Positions 38,005-51,156 of a stretch of 64,000 bases of DNA are shown one piece after another. The position numbers and the translations under genes were made by a program. Position 1 is the first letter of the stretch, and each line of letters opens with the position of its first letter. Source of the stretch: Okamejei kenojei (lineage: Eukaryota); the NCBI GenBank assembly GCA_035221665.1, contig CM069162.1, positions 19,158,001 through 19,222,000 of the forward strand, given 5' to 3'. The notes beneath the pieces were generated by a model, which was given only the letters and a program-made list of their open reading frames with translations, made no database searches and was not told the origin of the DNA.

Positions 38005-38540
38005 ACAGTTTACAGTTTAGAAATACAGCACAGAAACAGGCCCACCGGCCCACCGAATCCGCGCCGACAAGCGATGGTACTCTAGCACTATCCTACACAC
38101 TAGGGACAATTTACAATTTTTACCAAAGTGTGTGGGGAGAAAATCCACACGGTCATGGGGAGAACGTACAAACTCCGTACAGCCAGCACCCGTAGTCAGG
38201 ATCGAACCCGTGCCTCTGGCACTGTAAAGGGCCTGTCCCACTTCCGCAACATGTTGGAAATTCAGCGGCGACCAGAAAGACGCTACGACTGTTTGGGCGA
38301 CTGTTTGGGCGACTGAGGAGACTACGCACGACCATACAGGCGACATGTCGCGGGGTGAAGTCTGTATGGTCGTGACTAGTCGGCCAAAGAGTCGCACCTT
38401 GTTCTGGTCGCCGCTGGATTTTCAGCAAGTTGAAAATTTTCGACGACCTGTAACTACCTAGGACGGGTGCCGGCAGTTGCCGAAAAAGTTGTGTAAGTGG
38501 GACAGGCCCTTAAGGCAACAACTCTTCCACTGCGCCACCA
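38005..38540 (-). mobile_element. V-SINE interrupted by a Harbinger MITE
   Basis: ggcactgtaa|MITE|ggcaacaactc restores the SINE head. Confidence 0.85.
38228..38510. mobile_element. PIF/Harbinger-type MITE
   Basis: TIR agggcctgtcccactt/aagtgggacaggccct; TAA TSD at 38225-38227 and 38511-38513. Confidence 0.9.
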
Positions 38541-39186
38541 TTTTGTAAAGTTTCATCATGACCTCCATGCTCTTGTGCTCTTCTCAGGAAGCCCAGGGTC
38601 ACATATGCATTTTAACCTCTTTTAAAACCTGCCGTACAACTGTCAATAAACTATGCATACTGTATATTCCCACCAATCCCCGCTCTGCGCCTCCTTTTTT
38701 GACACGTTCGTTTATACTTCCTATTCTCATTTGTCATACCAAAATATATGCATTTATCAGCATTGCATTTAATTTGCCACGTCTCTGCCCTGTCTACCAG
38801 AACGTCTGTGGCTCTTTTATGTCTGTTCCTATCCTCCTCACTGTTCATTGGCCTGCTCCTGTACTGTTCTATGTTCTATGATCATTATCTGTAGGAAGGA
38901 ACTGCAGATGCTGGTTTAAAACGAAGAAACTCAGCAGGTCAGGCAGCATCTGGTGGAGGGAGACACAAAATGCTGGAGTAATTCAGCGGGACAGGCAGCA
39001 TCTCTGGAGAGAAGGAATGGGTAACGTTTCGGGTCGGGGCAGGTATGAAGAAAGGTCTCGACTGGAAACATCACCCATTCCTCTCTCCAGAGATGCTGCT
39101 TGGCCCGCTGAGTTACTCCGGCATTTTGGGTCTATGGTCTGTTTGATCATTACCTTCTCTAACTTACTTCCAACACTGTTCCTTAA

Positions 39187-39504
39187 AGCCCTGTCCCACT
39201 GTATGAGTTCATTCAAGTGCTCTCCCGAGTTTAAAAAAAAAATCAAACTCGTGGTAAGCACATAGAATGAACGTAGCGGGTACGTCGGAGCTCGAGGACG
39301 TCTCTTAGCTGCTCGTAACGCTAACGGCAGGTACTCGGGAAACGCGGTAAGCTCGGGAAGACTCGTGAAGAATTTTCAACATGTTGAAAAATGTCCACGA
39401 GAGTCCCCGAGTACTTACGAGCGGCCATTACCGTAAATCTCCCAGTTCGAATCAGGACAAACTCGGGAGAACTCTTGAATGAACTCGAACAGTGGGACAG
39501 GGCT
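39187..39504. mobile_element. PIF/Harbinger-type MITE
   Basis: ~46-bp TIR agccctgtcccactg..gagttcattcaag...ctcccgagttt; TSD not clean. Confidence 0.8.
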
Positions 39505-40217
39505 AGTACATGTGGTTTAATGTTTCAATGGCTTTATCAGTTTCTGCTGTACATTAACTTGTCACATTTACCCAAGAATTGTTTAACATTCCCAGGTCTG
39601 TATCAACTTCCCTCTAGAATACTTTCAGAAGACTAGTTCCAATGGCAAAACAAGGAAGGAACTTTCACCTTTAAACCAGCTACTATCTGCAAATGACAAA
39701 AGGCGCCAATTTCAAAATACTAATAGAACAGTTACCTGTAACGTAACAATGAAACAGCATCAAACTATTGGAACAATGATAAATAAGCTTTGAAATTATT
39801 TACATTATGCAGAAAACATATAGTAGACATGATCAGCATGGATTAACTATGAAAGAATTGAAAGTCCAGCCACAAACTTAGTTTTGTGCACTACCCATCT
39901 GATAAATTTAAGAATTATTGAATTATATTATGAGAGATTTAATGAATTTCCTGTTTTGAACATGATACTGGGTTCAAAGATTACTAGAATGCCTTCTTAA
40001 TTGTCCGCGAATCCTCTGTTGCATCAAATTCTACCGTTAGAGAACTAACTTGTAGTCAGGCACAGTTAACATCCAGTGGTTGTGCATTAGCTCTTTCTTT
40101 ACTTATTCATTTTTCAGGTCACCAGCTTAGCTGGTAAGGTCAGCATTAATTACCCATTCCTAAGTGTCCTTCAAGAAGTGATCATGAGCCACCTTGTTGA
40201 AATACAGCAGTACCTCT

Positions 40218-40520
40218 TCAGTTTAGTTTAGTTTTAGAGATACAGCGCATAAACAGGCCGTTCGGCCCACCGTGCCCTCGCCGACCTGCACACCAACACT
40301 CTCCCACAAACACTATAGACCATGCACAATTATGCCAAGCCAATTCATCCAGAAACCCGTACGTCTTTGGAGTGTGGTAGGAAACCGGCGATCCCGGCGA
40401 AAACCCACACAGGTCACAGGGAGAACGTACAAACTCCATACAGACCGCATCCGTAGCCAGGATTGAACCCGGGTCTCTAGCATTGTAAGGCAACAACTCT
40501 ACCGCTTCGCCACCGTGCCG
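40218..40520 (-). mobile_element. V-SINE inserted in an old reverse CR1-like 3' end (~40120-40700)
   Basis: Reverse full SINE; the flanks continue one element. Confidence 0.8.
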
Positions 40521-40809
40521 CCCCGGTGAATATCAGGTGAATGTGCTCCCGTGATGTTGTCCGTGAGGGAGTTCCAGGATTCAGACCCAGAGGTGATGAT
40601 AGGGCGGCCGTATGTTTCCAGGTCAGGATGGTGGACAGTCTGGAGGGGAAACTGCAGGAGATAGTGTTCCATAGAAACTGCTGCCCTTGGTGGGTGGAGA
40701 TAACAGACCTGGGAGGTGCTGCTGGGGTAGCCTGGACCAGTAACTGCAGCGTAGCAGGAGTAGCCTGGACCAGCAACTGCAGCGAGGCAAGTGTAGACGG
40801 TTCCACTAA

Positions 40810-41335
40810 CTTCTCCTGGATCACCAATATTGAAGGAACAACTGAGAAAGCACACCAACACTTCCACATCCTTAGACGGCTTAGGAAGTTTGGCATGTCC
40901 CCTACTTCTCTCACCAACTTCTACAGATGCACCATAGAAAGCATTTTATCAGGATGTATCACAGCCTGGTTTGGGACCACAAGAAACTGCAGCAGATTGT
41001 GGATGCAGTCCACACAGCCCTCCCTTCCATTGACTCCATTTATACCACGCTGCCTCGGCAAGGCCAGCGGTATAATTAAGGACGAGTCGAACCCTGGCCA
41101 CTCCCTCTTCTCCCCTCTCCCATCAGGCAAAAGGTATAGAAGTGTGAAAACTCACACCTCCAGATTCAGGGACAGTTTCTTCCCAGCTGTTATCAGGCAA
41201 CTGAATCATCTTACCACAACCAGAGGGCAGTGCTGAACAACTACCTACCTCTTTGGTGACCCTTAGACTATCCTTGATCGGACTTTGCTGGCTTTACCTT
41301 TCACTAAACCTTATTTGTGACAATAAACTAAACTG
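40810..41335 (+). mobile_element. Rex1/Babar-like LINE 3' fragment
   Basis: KAHQHFHILRRLRKFGMSPTSLTNFYRCTIESILSGCITAWFG...PGHSLFSPLPSGKRYRS...RFRDSFFPAVIRQLN. Confidence 0.85.
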
Positions 41336-41756
41336 TAGCCATGTATTTTGTCCATGGTACACACACCAGCCAGCATGATGGGGAGATGAACATTTAGGGT
41401 GATGGATGACGTTCAAGTAATTGGGAAGCCCTGTTTAATTTAGTTTAGTCTGGAGATACAGTGTGGATGCAGGCACTTGTGTCCACCGGGACCACGCCGC
41501 CCTGCAATCACCCATATATTAGTTATATCATAGACGCTGAGTACAATTTACAGAAGCTAATTAACCTACAAACCTGCACGTCTTAGGAATGTGGGAGGAA
41601 ACCCGAGTTGTTGCCCTGGAACGCGCTGCCAGGGATAGCAGTGGAGGCAATTACAATAGTGGCGCAAATACCAGAGACTTTTAGATAGGCTCACGAATAT
41701 GCACAGAATGGAGCGATATGGAACTTTTTGCAGGCAGAGGAGTTTATTTAGTGAAC

Positions 41757-41927
41757 GACCTGGCCAATAACATGGCCAATGCTTGGCCAATAACATGGCC
41801 AATACTATGGCCAAAGCTTGGCCAATATTCTTCTAATACTATGGCCAACACTTGGCCTATACTATGCCCAATACTATGCCCAATACTATGGCCAATACTG
41901 AGCCAATACTGAGCCAATACTATGTCC
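41757..41927 (+). repeat. Tandem array of 11-12-bp units (ggccaatactat variants)
   Basis: About 14 degenerate units. Confidence 0.85.
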
Positions 41928-43104
41928 ACCACCAGCACCAGGAGAATAGTTTATCTAGTTATTGTCATATTGTTTTCTCCTACTAATCTGGCCCCTGTTC
42001 CCATTTGTATGACAGCATGTGGTGGTAAAAGATGGATTAGGAGTGGGCGGGGAGAGTAGGAGGTGGCAGACTGGAGAGGGTTGATGGAGAGGTTGTTGCA
42101 GAAGGCATATACAGTGCCTGGAATTACCAGTTGCAAGGTGGGTGATCAGGGTGTCACAGAAGCTGGGAAAAAATTCCCACGGCTGCTTTACCCCAGGCTT
42201 TCTAACCTTTCATCCCACTAAACTTGGACAACTATTCCCATCCGCTAATAGCTCTCGATCAGCTCCGACCTGTTGGCACATCTGCCCGCTGAAGCTTGCA
42301 TTAGCATCCGGCATAGTCCCAGCGGCCTTGCAGCTGAAAATCAGGAAATACCCAGGAAGTATGTGGAACAGTCAATCTTTTTGCTAAGTCAACCCCTCAC
42401 AGATCTAATTACTAAATTGGCTGTAAATTTATCTTCAGCACTGGTTTGCGGTTAGCTCAGTATCAGACGAACTGATTCAAATCCAACCATGCTTTCTAAA
42501 TATCAGAAGCTTTCCCATGTGTTTGCTCAGTGTCTGGGTCACACAGGCACTTCCATTATATCTGCCCTATTTTACAGCATTTTAATATCTAGCCGCTGCT
42601 GGTCCAGGACCCAGGATCGCCCTCCCCTGACTCACCACAGCACTTTCCCAACGCATGCACTTTACATTTATCTGAATGGGTCATTTGTGGACGCTGGTTT
42701 CCCACTGTTTTCTTACCAGCATAGAAAGCTTCCCAAAGCCCTTGGTGCTGTCGAAAACACGAGATTAATTTCTGAATCTCTCCCTTTGAGATTTCCAAAG
42801 CCAAGCGACGCTGACTGTGCTTTTTAGTGGGTAGTTGATAAAGTTGCAATGAAAAGCATATCGAAACTGGGGTGTCTGGAGAATTATAGGATTCATCTGC
42901 CAGACCGCTCCATGGTACAACAGATGGAACAGCTCCAGGAACCCCAGTCCAATCCTGACATTGGGGGCTGCCTATGTGGAGTTTGCATGTCCCACCTGCG
43001 ACAGCATGGATTCTCTCTAGGTTTTTCTCCCATGTCCCAAAGGTGTGCGGGTTGCTATGTTAATTGGCCTCTGTGACATGCCTCTAGTGTGTGGATACAG
43101 GGTC

Positions 43105-43303
43105 GGCACGGTGGCGCAGTGGTAGATTTGCTGCCTTGCTGCGCCAGAGACCCGGGTTCGATCCTGATCACGGGTGCTTGTCTTCTCCGGGGTCTCCTCC
43201 CACAAGTCAAAGATGTACAGGTTTGTACGTTAATTGGCTTGGTAAATCGTCCCCAGGATAGTGTTACTGCGCTATATCTCTAAACTAAACTAAACTAAAC
43301 TAA
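43105..43303 (+). mobile_element. Internally deleted V-SINE
   Basis: Head plus tail (taaac)n. Confidence 0.75.
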
Positions 43304-43649
43304 TCAGAATGTTGATGATGAACATATGAGAGAGAATAGATTGTGTGAGGAACGGGACTGATGGGAATTCTCTGAGAGCTGGGACAAGCATGATGAACCG
43401 AATGGCCTTCTACATTGCAAGAGATAAGTGAAATTGCAGGTTTATAAGGATAAGACCAGAAGAACCAATTGCTGGGTACAGACCAGGGTCCGTACCGAGG
43501 GGCATAACATAACAGACAAAATTGAGAAAGGTTTCAACGAAATGTTGAATGTTTCCTTCAGTGGCATCAGCAAATGATAACATGAAAGAAGATTAAAATC
43601 AAGAACTTAAAGTCAGGAACTCTGATTTTGTTTTAAACCTTTACCCATG

Positions 43650-45195
43650 CAATGCATGGTAGGAAGCAGAGGGTGGTGGTGAAAGGTTGTTTATCGGTCT
43701 GGGGCCTGGGACTGGTGATGTGCCTCAGGGATCAGTGCTGGACCCATTGCTGTTGATCATCAATATCAACGATTTAGAATGTACATGGCATGATTAGTAA
43801 GTTTACAGATGACACTGAAATAGGTGGTATCGTAGACAGTGAAATTGGTTATTAAAAATTACAGATCTTGATTATCTGGGCCAGCGGTTCAAGGAATGGC
43901 AAAAGGAATTTACATCACATAAGTGTGAGGTGGTGCATTTTGGAAAGTCAAGCCAGGGCAGGACTTTTACAGTGAAGGGTAGGGCCCTGGGGAGTGTTGT
44001 AATGCTGAGGGATCCAGGAGCACATAGTTCTCTGGAAATGGTGTCACAAGCAGATAAGATGGTGAAGAATGCTTTTGGCACATTGGCCTTCATCAATCAG
44101 GGAACTAAGTATAGAAATTGAGACATTATGTGACGTTATGCAAGACATTGATGAAGCTGCACTTCAAGGATTGTGTTTAGTTTTGATTACCCTGCAATAA
44201 GAAAGATGTAATTAAGCTTGATAGAGTACAGGGAAGATTTATCTGGGTGTTTCCACGACTCAAGGGCAGGGGCTAAAGGGAGAGGTTGGGCAGGCTGGGA
44301 GTTTATTTCTTGGAGCATAGGAGGCTGAGTAATGATCTGATAGAGGGATATAGATTCATGAGAGGAATCGATAGGATGAATGCATGGTGTTGTTTTCCCA
44401 AGGCAGGAAATCAAGAGCTAGAGGCAATAGATTTAAGGTAAAGGGGCTGTCCCACTCGGGCGACCTAATTGGCAAGTTTAGAAGAGTTTAGGAGAGTTTG
44501 AAAAAATGACATGTTGAAGACCTCCTTCCACTATGTAGAAGACCAGCTTCAACTAGCTATGACTAACTTCGGGAAAATTGGACACCGAATAGTGGAGAGT
44601 GAAGACAACCTCCTTCGATCTCCCTTCGACTATGATGAAGACTATCTACGACTACCTTTGACTACCTTCGATTACCTACGATGCCGACCTATTACGACCT
44701 ACTACGACTAAACCTATGAGAAAAAATATATAGATTTTTTCCATGGCGACCTTTTTTTACTCGCGGGCATTTTTTAACATGTTGAAAAAAATGCCGCGTC
44801 CTCTGTGGAGACCACTGTGGAGCATGAAGGAGAGTTACGAAGACCTCCAAAGACCTTGTGTCGACCATGCTGCGAGTATGAGTCGAGGGCAAACTCGCCA
44901 GAACTCGCGGATTAGGCGGCCCAAGTGGGACAGCCCCTTAAGAGGACAAATATTCAATCAGAACCAGAAGGGGAACCTATTTGCACAAAGGGTGGTGGGT
45001 ATATGGAACAATCTACCAGAGAAAGCAGTTGAGGCCGGTACAATAACAATATTTTAAATATATTTGGACAGGCACATAGATGAGAAAGGATACGAGGAAT
45101 ATGGGCCACATAAGGATAAATTGGACTAGTTGGTCTCTTGGTCAGTTTGGACGAATTGAGCCAAAGGGAGTGTTTCTGTGCTTTGTGACTCTATG
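43650..45195 (+). mobile_element. CR1 LINE RT/3' region interrupted by a MITE
   Basis: gtgcctcaggggatcagtgctggaccc (VPQGSVL-like), aagtttacagatgacact (FxDD), continuing after the MITE to the 3' tail. Confidence 0.85.
44442..44938. mobile_element. PIF/Harbinger-type MITE
   Basis: TIR aggggctgtcccact/agtgggacagcccct; TAA TSD at 44439-44441 and 44939-44941. Confidence 0.9.
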
Positions 45196-45439
45196 ACACG
45201 CAATGCACAAACATAAGCAGTTGTTGTAGCAAATACTTGATGTAATTTAAGGGGGAGGATAATTGTTCGTCTGGGGGAAAATGGAAAGTGGGCTTTGCTG
45301 AGTTATGGGGGAATGGGAGAAGCTTGAACAGAGCATGGACCTCAACAATAACAGGCAGGAAGATCTCACTGGAATTTTAATGAGCAGGAATATAGTGGGT
45401 AGATCTGCTCCCCCTATCTAAGGAGAGATGTTCTTGTTG

Positions 45440-45735
45440 TTTTAGTTTTTAATTTGAAAGATACAGTACGAAAACAGGCCCTTCAGCCCATCTAGTCCGT
45501 GCTGACCAACGATCCCCAAACACTCGTACTATCCTACACACTAGAGACAATTTGCAATTTTTTACAGAAGCCAATTAACGAACGACGCTACATGTCTTTG
45601 GAATGTGGGAGGAAACGAGCACACGGAGAAAATCTGCACGGTCTCGGGGAGAACGTACAAACTCCGTTCAGACAGCACCCATTGTCAGGGTCTCTGGTGC
45701 TGTAAGGCAGCAACATCTACCACTGCGCCACCGTA
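45440..45735 (-). mobile_element. V-SINE
   Basis: Reverse copy. Confidence 0.8.
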
Positions 45736-47179
45736 ACACCCTCAATGTGCGAGAAGAAATGCGCTTTGCACTTATGTCAGGACTGCGGATAAGGTACCAG
45801 ATGGATTCATTCAGGCGAGAAGAACAGTCTCTACACCCAAGAGGAGATATGACAGAAATCCTCGAAATAGGTGCAAGGTTTTGCAGAGACAAGTTGGGTG
45901 GAATTATTTTATATCAGTCAATAATTAAAGAGCAGAAGGTTTTAAATCATCAGCAGAATATTGGCCGGGGCGGAACGGTTTGCCACACGCAGTGGTGGAG
46001 GCTGCACCACTTGAATGAAACCTGGCAAAGCACTGAAGGACAAGAATTTTAACGGGTCCACAGGACTGGCGTAAAACTCTTGAGTAATAGGTAATGCCCA
46101 ATCCTTGAGTCTCCAGGATTTATCCTGGGAATATATATCTACCGTCAGCCAATAACTTTGCTATGTAAGCAGGCCAACAAACCGTGAATGCTAAACTTGT
46201 CAGCGCTCGAGGGGGCTTTTCAAACTGAGTTGTGGTTCCTGTCAGCCACGCCTTATAAAACATCAGACGTCTGTCACACTGAGGGAACATCATACCTGTG
46301 TGAGAGCTCTATAGGTCTCTGTACAGACTTCCTGCCCTGGCCTCATTCCCATTATAAGTTTTCCTTATGTAAATATTTATTCACCTTTCCCCGTTAGGCA
46401 TTATTTACACAAAAATATTTCTCTTAACCTTTCCCTTCATTCCTCTGGTGTCAGGGTTAATTCTGAGACCCCGCTTCTCCAGTGTGTTGGTGAATGAACT
46501 ATTACCATCGTTTCCACCCTGCACCACAGACTCATTGTGTGAGCCTTATCGGCCGGCCATGCCATTCTATCCCATATCTATAACACGCCCCTTTACTTCT
46601 CCAATTCAAAATACACGTAATTTAATATTCTTAATAATTTATTATTATTCTCCAGCCATTGAGCATCCAAGTGCAGTATAAACTACATCACATAGGAGGA
46701 GATTAAATCATTAAAGTTTAATGTTAATGCAATGCTACTAGTTAGATATAGCTCTAGATTAGATAGTTAGATATAGCTCTTAGATACAGCTTGTAGGGCC
46801 AATGGAATAAAGGGATATGGGGAGAAAGCAGGAACGGGGTACTGATTTTGGATGGTCAGCCATGATCATACTGAATGGCGATGCTGGCTCGAAGGGCCGA
46901 ATGGCCTACACCTGCACCTATTGTCAATGTTTCTATGTTTCTATCTCAGTGTTGGACGTGAGAATCAATGAGCAGTGAAGACCCAGGAGTTGACCTGATT
47001 TGGCAACAGAGGATGTAAATGTGGTTAGAGCTTCTTGCTCGAGTGGACAGCCAACTAAATCATGGAGCAGATGGTCTAAAGGACCGGTTTTTACTTCCAT
47101 TCATTACTTTGATTATAGTTTATTATTTTTATTATCATCACAAGTACTGTATGTATAGTATGCATATACAGTATGAACA

Positions 47180-48400
47180 AGTATCGGTAGTAGGGAAGAC
47201 AAATTCAATGCTAGCATTTATATCAAGAACACTGGAATATAAGAACAGAGATGTAATGCTGAGGCTCTACAAGGCGCAGGTCAGGCCGCATTTGGAATAC
47301 TGTGAGCAGATTTAGGCCCAATATCTGTGGAAGGATGTGTTGGCTCTGGAGAGGGTCCAGAGGACATTTACAATGAATTATTCCAGAAATATGGTGAGTG
47401 CTTGACAACACTGGGACTCTACTCACTGGAGTTTAGAAGCTTGAGGAGGGACCTCATTGAAACTTGCAGAATAATGAAAGGCATAGATAGAGTGAATGTG
47501 GAAAGGATGTTTCCACTGGTGCAATAGTCTAGGACCAGAAGTCATAGCCTCAGAATTAAAGGGCGCTCTTTTAGAAAGGAGGTGAGGAGGCACTGCTTTA
47601 GTCAGAGGGTAGCTAATCTGTGGAACTCATTGCCACAGTGGGCTGTGGAGGCCCAGTCAGTGCATAGTTTTAAGGCAGAGAAACACAAATTCTTGATTAG
47701 AACTGAGGCATATACATGAATTTCCATATTTCCTTATGCCACAGAAGGAGGCCATTCAGCCCATTGAGTCTCTGTTGGCTCAGTGCAATCCCAATCACGT
47801 CCAGTATTTCCCCCTACAATCTGTGCCTCGTGAAAGCAGCCAACATTATTAAGGACAGTTATTGATGTAGATAGGGCAGCAATGATCATTTTTGGTACAT
47901 TGTCCTTCATCCCTTGGATATTGCGTACCTAAGTTGGGACATTATGTTACAGTTGTACCAGATGTTGGTGAGGCCGCATTTGGAGTGTTGTGTTCAGTTG
48001 TGGGCACCCTGCTATAGGAAGGATGTCATTAAGCTGGAAAGAGGGCAGAGTGGATTTACAAGGATGTTGTCTCGACTCAAGGGGTATAGGGAGAGACTGG
48101 GCAAGCTCGGACTTTATTCCTTGGAGCGCAGGATCTTATAAACCGTGCGTAAAATTATGCGGGCTTTTGATAGGGTGAATGCGTATAACCTTTTACCCAG
48201 GGTAGGGGAATGAAGAACCAGCGGACATGGATTTATCGTGAGAGGGGAAAGATTTAAATTTGGAAACTGAGGAGAACCCTTTCACTCAGGGTTCTGGGGA
48301 GAAGGCAGGAAAATGGGATTAGGAGGCAGAGATCAGCCATAATTGAATGGTGGAGAAAGATTTGATGGGCCCAATGGCTTAATTCTGCTCCTATCACTTA
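47180..48400 (+). mobile_element. CR1 3' region split by an inverted duplication (47701-48289)
   Basis: VMLRLYKAQVRPHLEYC...; CR1 resumes at ggttctggggagaaggcagg after the insert. Confidence 0.85.
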
Positions 48401-49270
48401 ATGTGAGAGGAATATGTGAGGTATAAAAGTCTTATATAACAGCAAGGAAGAAGAAGATTCTAATGGTATGTGCATTCAAGCTTTTGTATCGTCTGCCTCA
48501 CGGGAGAGGGGAGAAGAGAGAATGACTGTGCTGTGAGTGATCATAGAGAGTCATACAGCATGGAAACAGGGCTGTCAGAACACATTCTCAGCCTTACCTA
48601 TCCATGTACCTGCCCAAGGGACTTTTAAATGTTGTTATTGTGCCTGCCTGAACAACTTCACTCACCCACTGAGTGAAAGGGTTCTCCTCAGTTTCCAAAT
48701 TTAAATCTTTCCCCTCTCACGATAAATCCATGTCTGCTGGTTCTTCATTCCCCTACCCTGGGTAAAAGGTTATGTGCATTCACCCTATCAAAACCCCGCA
48801 TGACTTTATGCACCTCTATAAGATGCTGGCCTCAGCCTCCTGCGCTCCAAGGAATAAAGTCCGAGCTTGCCCAGTCTCACCCTATACCCCTTGAGTCGAG
48901 ACAACATCCTTGTAAATCCACTCTGCCCTCTTTCCAGCTTAATGACATCCTTCCTATAGCAGGGTGCCCACAACTGAACACAACACTCCAAATGCGGCCT
49001 CACCAACATCTGGTACAACTGTAACATAATGTCCCAACTTCGGTACGGAATATCCAAAGGATGAAGGACAATGTACCAAAAATCATCGTTGCTACCCTAT
49101 CTACATCAATAATTGCCCTTAATAATGTTGGCTGCTTTCACGAGGCACAGATTGTAGGGGGGAGTACTGGACGTGATTGGGATTGCACTGAGCCAACAGA
49201 GACCCAGTGGGCTGAATGGCCTCCTTCTGTGGCATAAGGAAATATGGAAATTCATGTATATGCCTCAGTT
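47701..49270. repeat. Large inverted repeat, arms 47701-48289 and 48669-49270
   Basis: Arms are reverse complements with scattered substitutions and one ~14-nt indel. Confidence 0.95.
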
Positions 49271-50674
49271 TAATTTCTGTAATCCATCGTTCTTGTTAAT
49301 ATCTAGTTTGACAATAACCAACCTGCAGGTGTGTACTTTATTTGTTTCATCTTGTCCTGGGTGACCAAATTGTACGGCACCTCTAGTCAGTTACAATAAG
49401 TTGTTGTCAAAGCTTCTTAAATCGGTAACATGTCACTGCTTTAATTGAGATGCCCCTGAGAACTCCCATTGAGCCTGGTGCTGGGCCAAGGTCATTACTT
49501 CACTCCACAATCCGTTGGAAAGTTTTTGCTGCAGAGTGGGCGGTGGGTTAAGGAAGCCTAAATGCAGGCGGCAGCCTGTGGGACCCCCTAAGTCAAGGCA
49601 TGTAAAAAATAAGACCGTGAGTAATAAGTTCAAGCTCGAGTGCAGAGGAAATGCCTTTACCCTGAGAATCGCAAGAATGTGAAGCTTGCCAGCGTGCAGT
49701 GTGGTTGGGGGGGACGATGTGAAGAAGAGGGAATTGTATTGGGCACGTGGACGTGGCAGGTGAGGTGCCGCAGTGGAGGAGTGGACCTGTTGGGTCATGA
49801 AGCCTCTTCCAGTGCTGTGGATTCATGCAAAATAATGATCGTCTGTCCAGAGCCCTACTCTGAAGGGTCTTGACCTGAAACGTCACCCATACCTTCTCTC
49901 CGGATTTGCTGCCTGTCCCACTGAATTACTCCAGCTTTTCGTGTCCATCTACCCTTCTCTGTTAATAGCTAACAGGCAGCTAAATTCTATCTATATCCCC
50001 TGAGGGTCCTCTGCAATGACCCTCGCAGCCAACAAACCGCTGCAGATCCTCCCCGGGTTACCAGTGCTCCCATCCTGAGAACTGTTCATAAAAGGAATGA
50101 TGACACTCTGCTCTCTGAGCCAGGCTTGTAGCCATGCAATCTGACCTCTCGCCCACAGACAGCGTGAACCCTCAGCCCGTCTGCCTGCAACAAACTCCTG
50201 TGATACATTTTAAAGAAAGAAGTGCTGCTTCATGTAACTCCTTTAATTAAAAACAGCTTATCTGACACCAGCGCACTGGCCTCGGCTTTTATCTGGTGCC
50301 GATTTTTATTCCATTCACGGGATACACCACTGACAAGACCGGCAGTTATTACTACCCATAATTTACCTTCAAGTTGACTGGCTTAGAAAGACACCTCAGA
50401 GTTCAGTTAAGAGTCGACCAATGTTCCGTGTGTCTGGAGTTAAGTATGGACAAGACCAGGAAAAGATGGCACAATTTCCTGAGATATTTCAGCTAATCAT
50501 ATGTTTTATTTTACAACGTTCCTGCAGTTCTACCATCACTTGGCTTCTCTGGACTATTTAATTGATTGAACTTTCAATTCCCAGATATAGGATTGGTTTT
50601 GAACAAGTGGTCTCAGATAAATGGTTCACGGGTCAACCGTAATTCGATGGTAATACCACATTCCAAGACATAGG

Positions 50675-50971
50675 TGGCATGGGGGCACAGCGGTAGAGTT
50701 GTTGCCTTAACGAGGGTTCAATCCTGACTATCTACACAGAGTTTGTATGTTCTCCCCATGACCTGCGTGGGTTTTCTCTGGGTGCTCCCGTTTCCTCCCA
50801 CACTCCAAAGACGCCCAGGTTTGTAGGTTAATTTGCTTAATTGGTTTGGTAAAATTGTAAACTGTCCGTAGTGTCTGTAGTGATTGTGTTAGTGTGCGGG
50901 GATCGCTGGTTGCTGTGGACCCGGTGGGCCAAAGGGCCTGATTCCATGCTATATCTCTAAATTAAACTAAA
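50675..50971 (+). mobile_element. V-SINE
   Basis: Head, core and tail. Confidence 0.8.
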
Positions 50972-51150
50972 CGTCATTTCAAAGATCATGACGAGCTCTT
51001 TATGACACTGAGGTACCTATTGCCTCTTAGATCCTTTAACATCATGGATGACATCTGGCTTTACAAAAGACTGAAAGCTGTGAATTCAATGACTAAACAA
51101 AAGGAAGAAATTGAAGCATGGTGGAGCATTTGATAAAACAGTGAAAACAT

Positions 51151-51156
51151 TTTATT
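51151..51156 (-). promoter_or_regulatory. Candidate ALPL polyadenylation signal AATAAA
   Basis: AATAAA on minus in AT-rich context followed by U/GU-rich sequence; other AATAAA exist at ~52182 and 52681. Confidence 0.45.

Noticed and set aside
41757-41927. CRISPR-like array
   Set aside because: Contiguous 11-12-bp units with no unique spacers, no cas genes, and a eukaryotic context.
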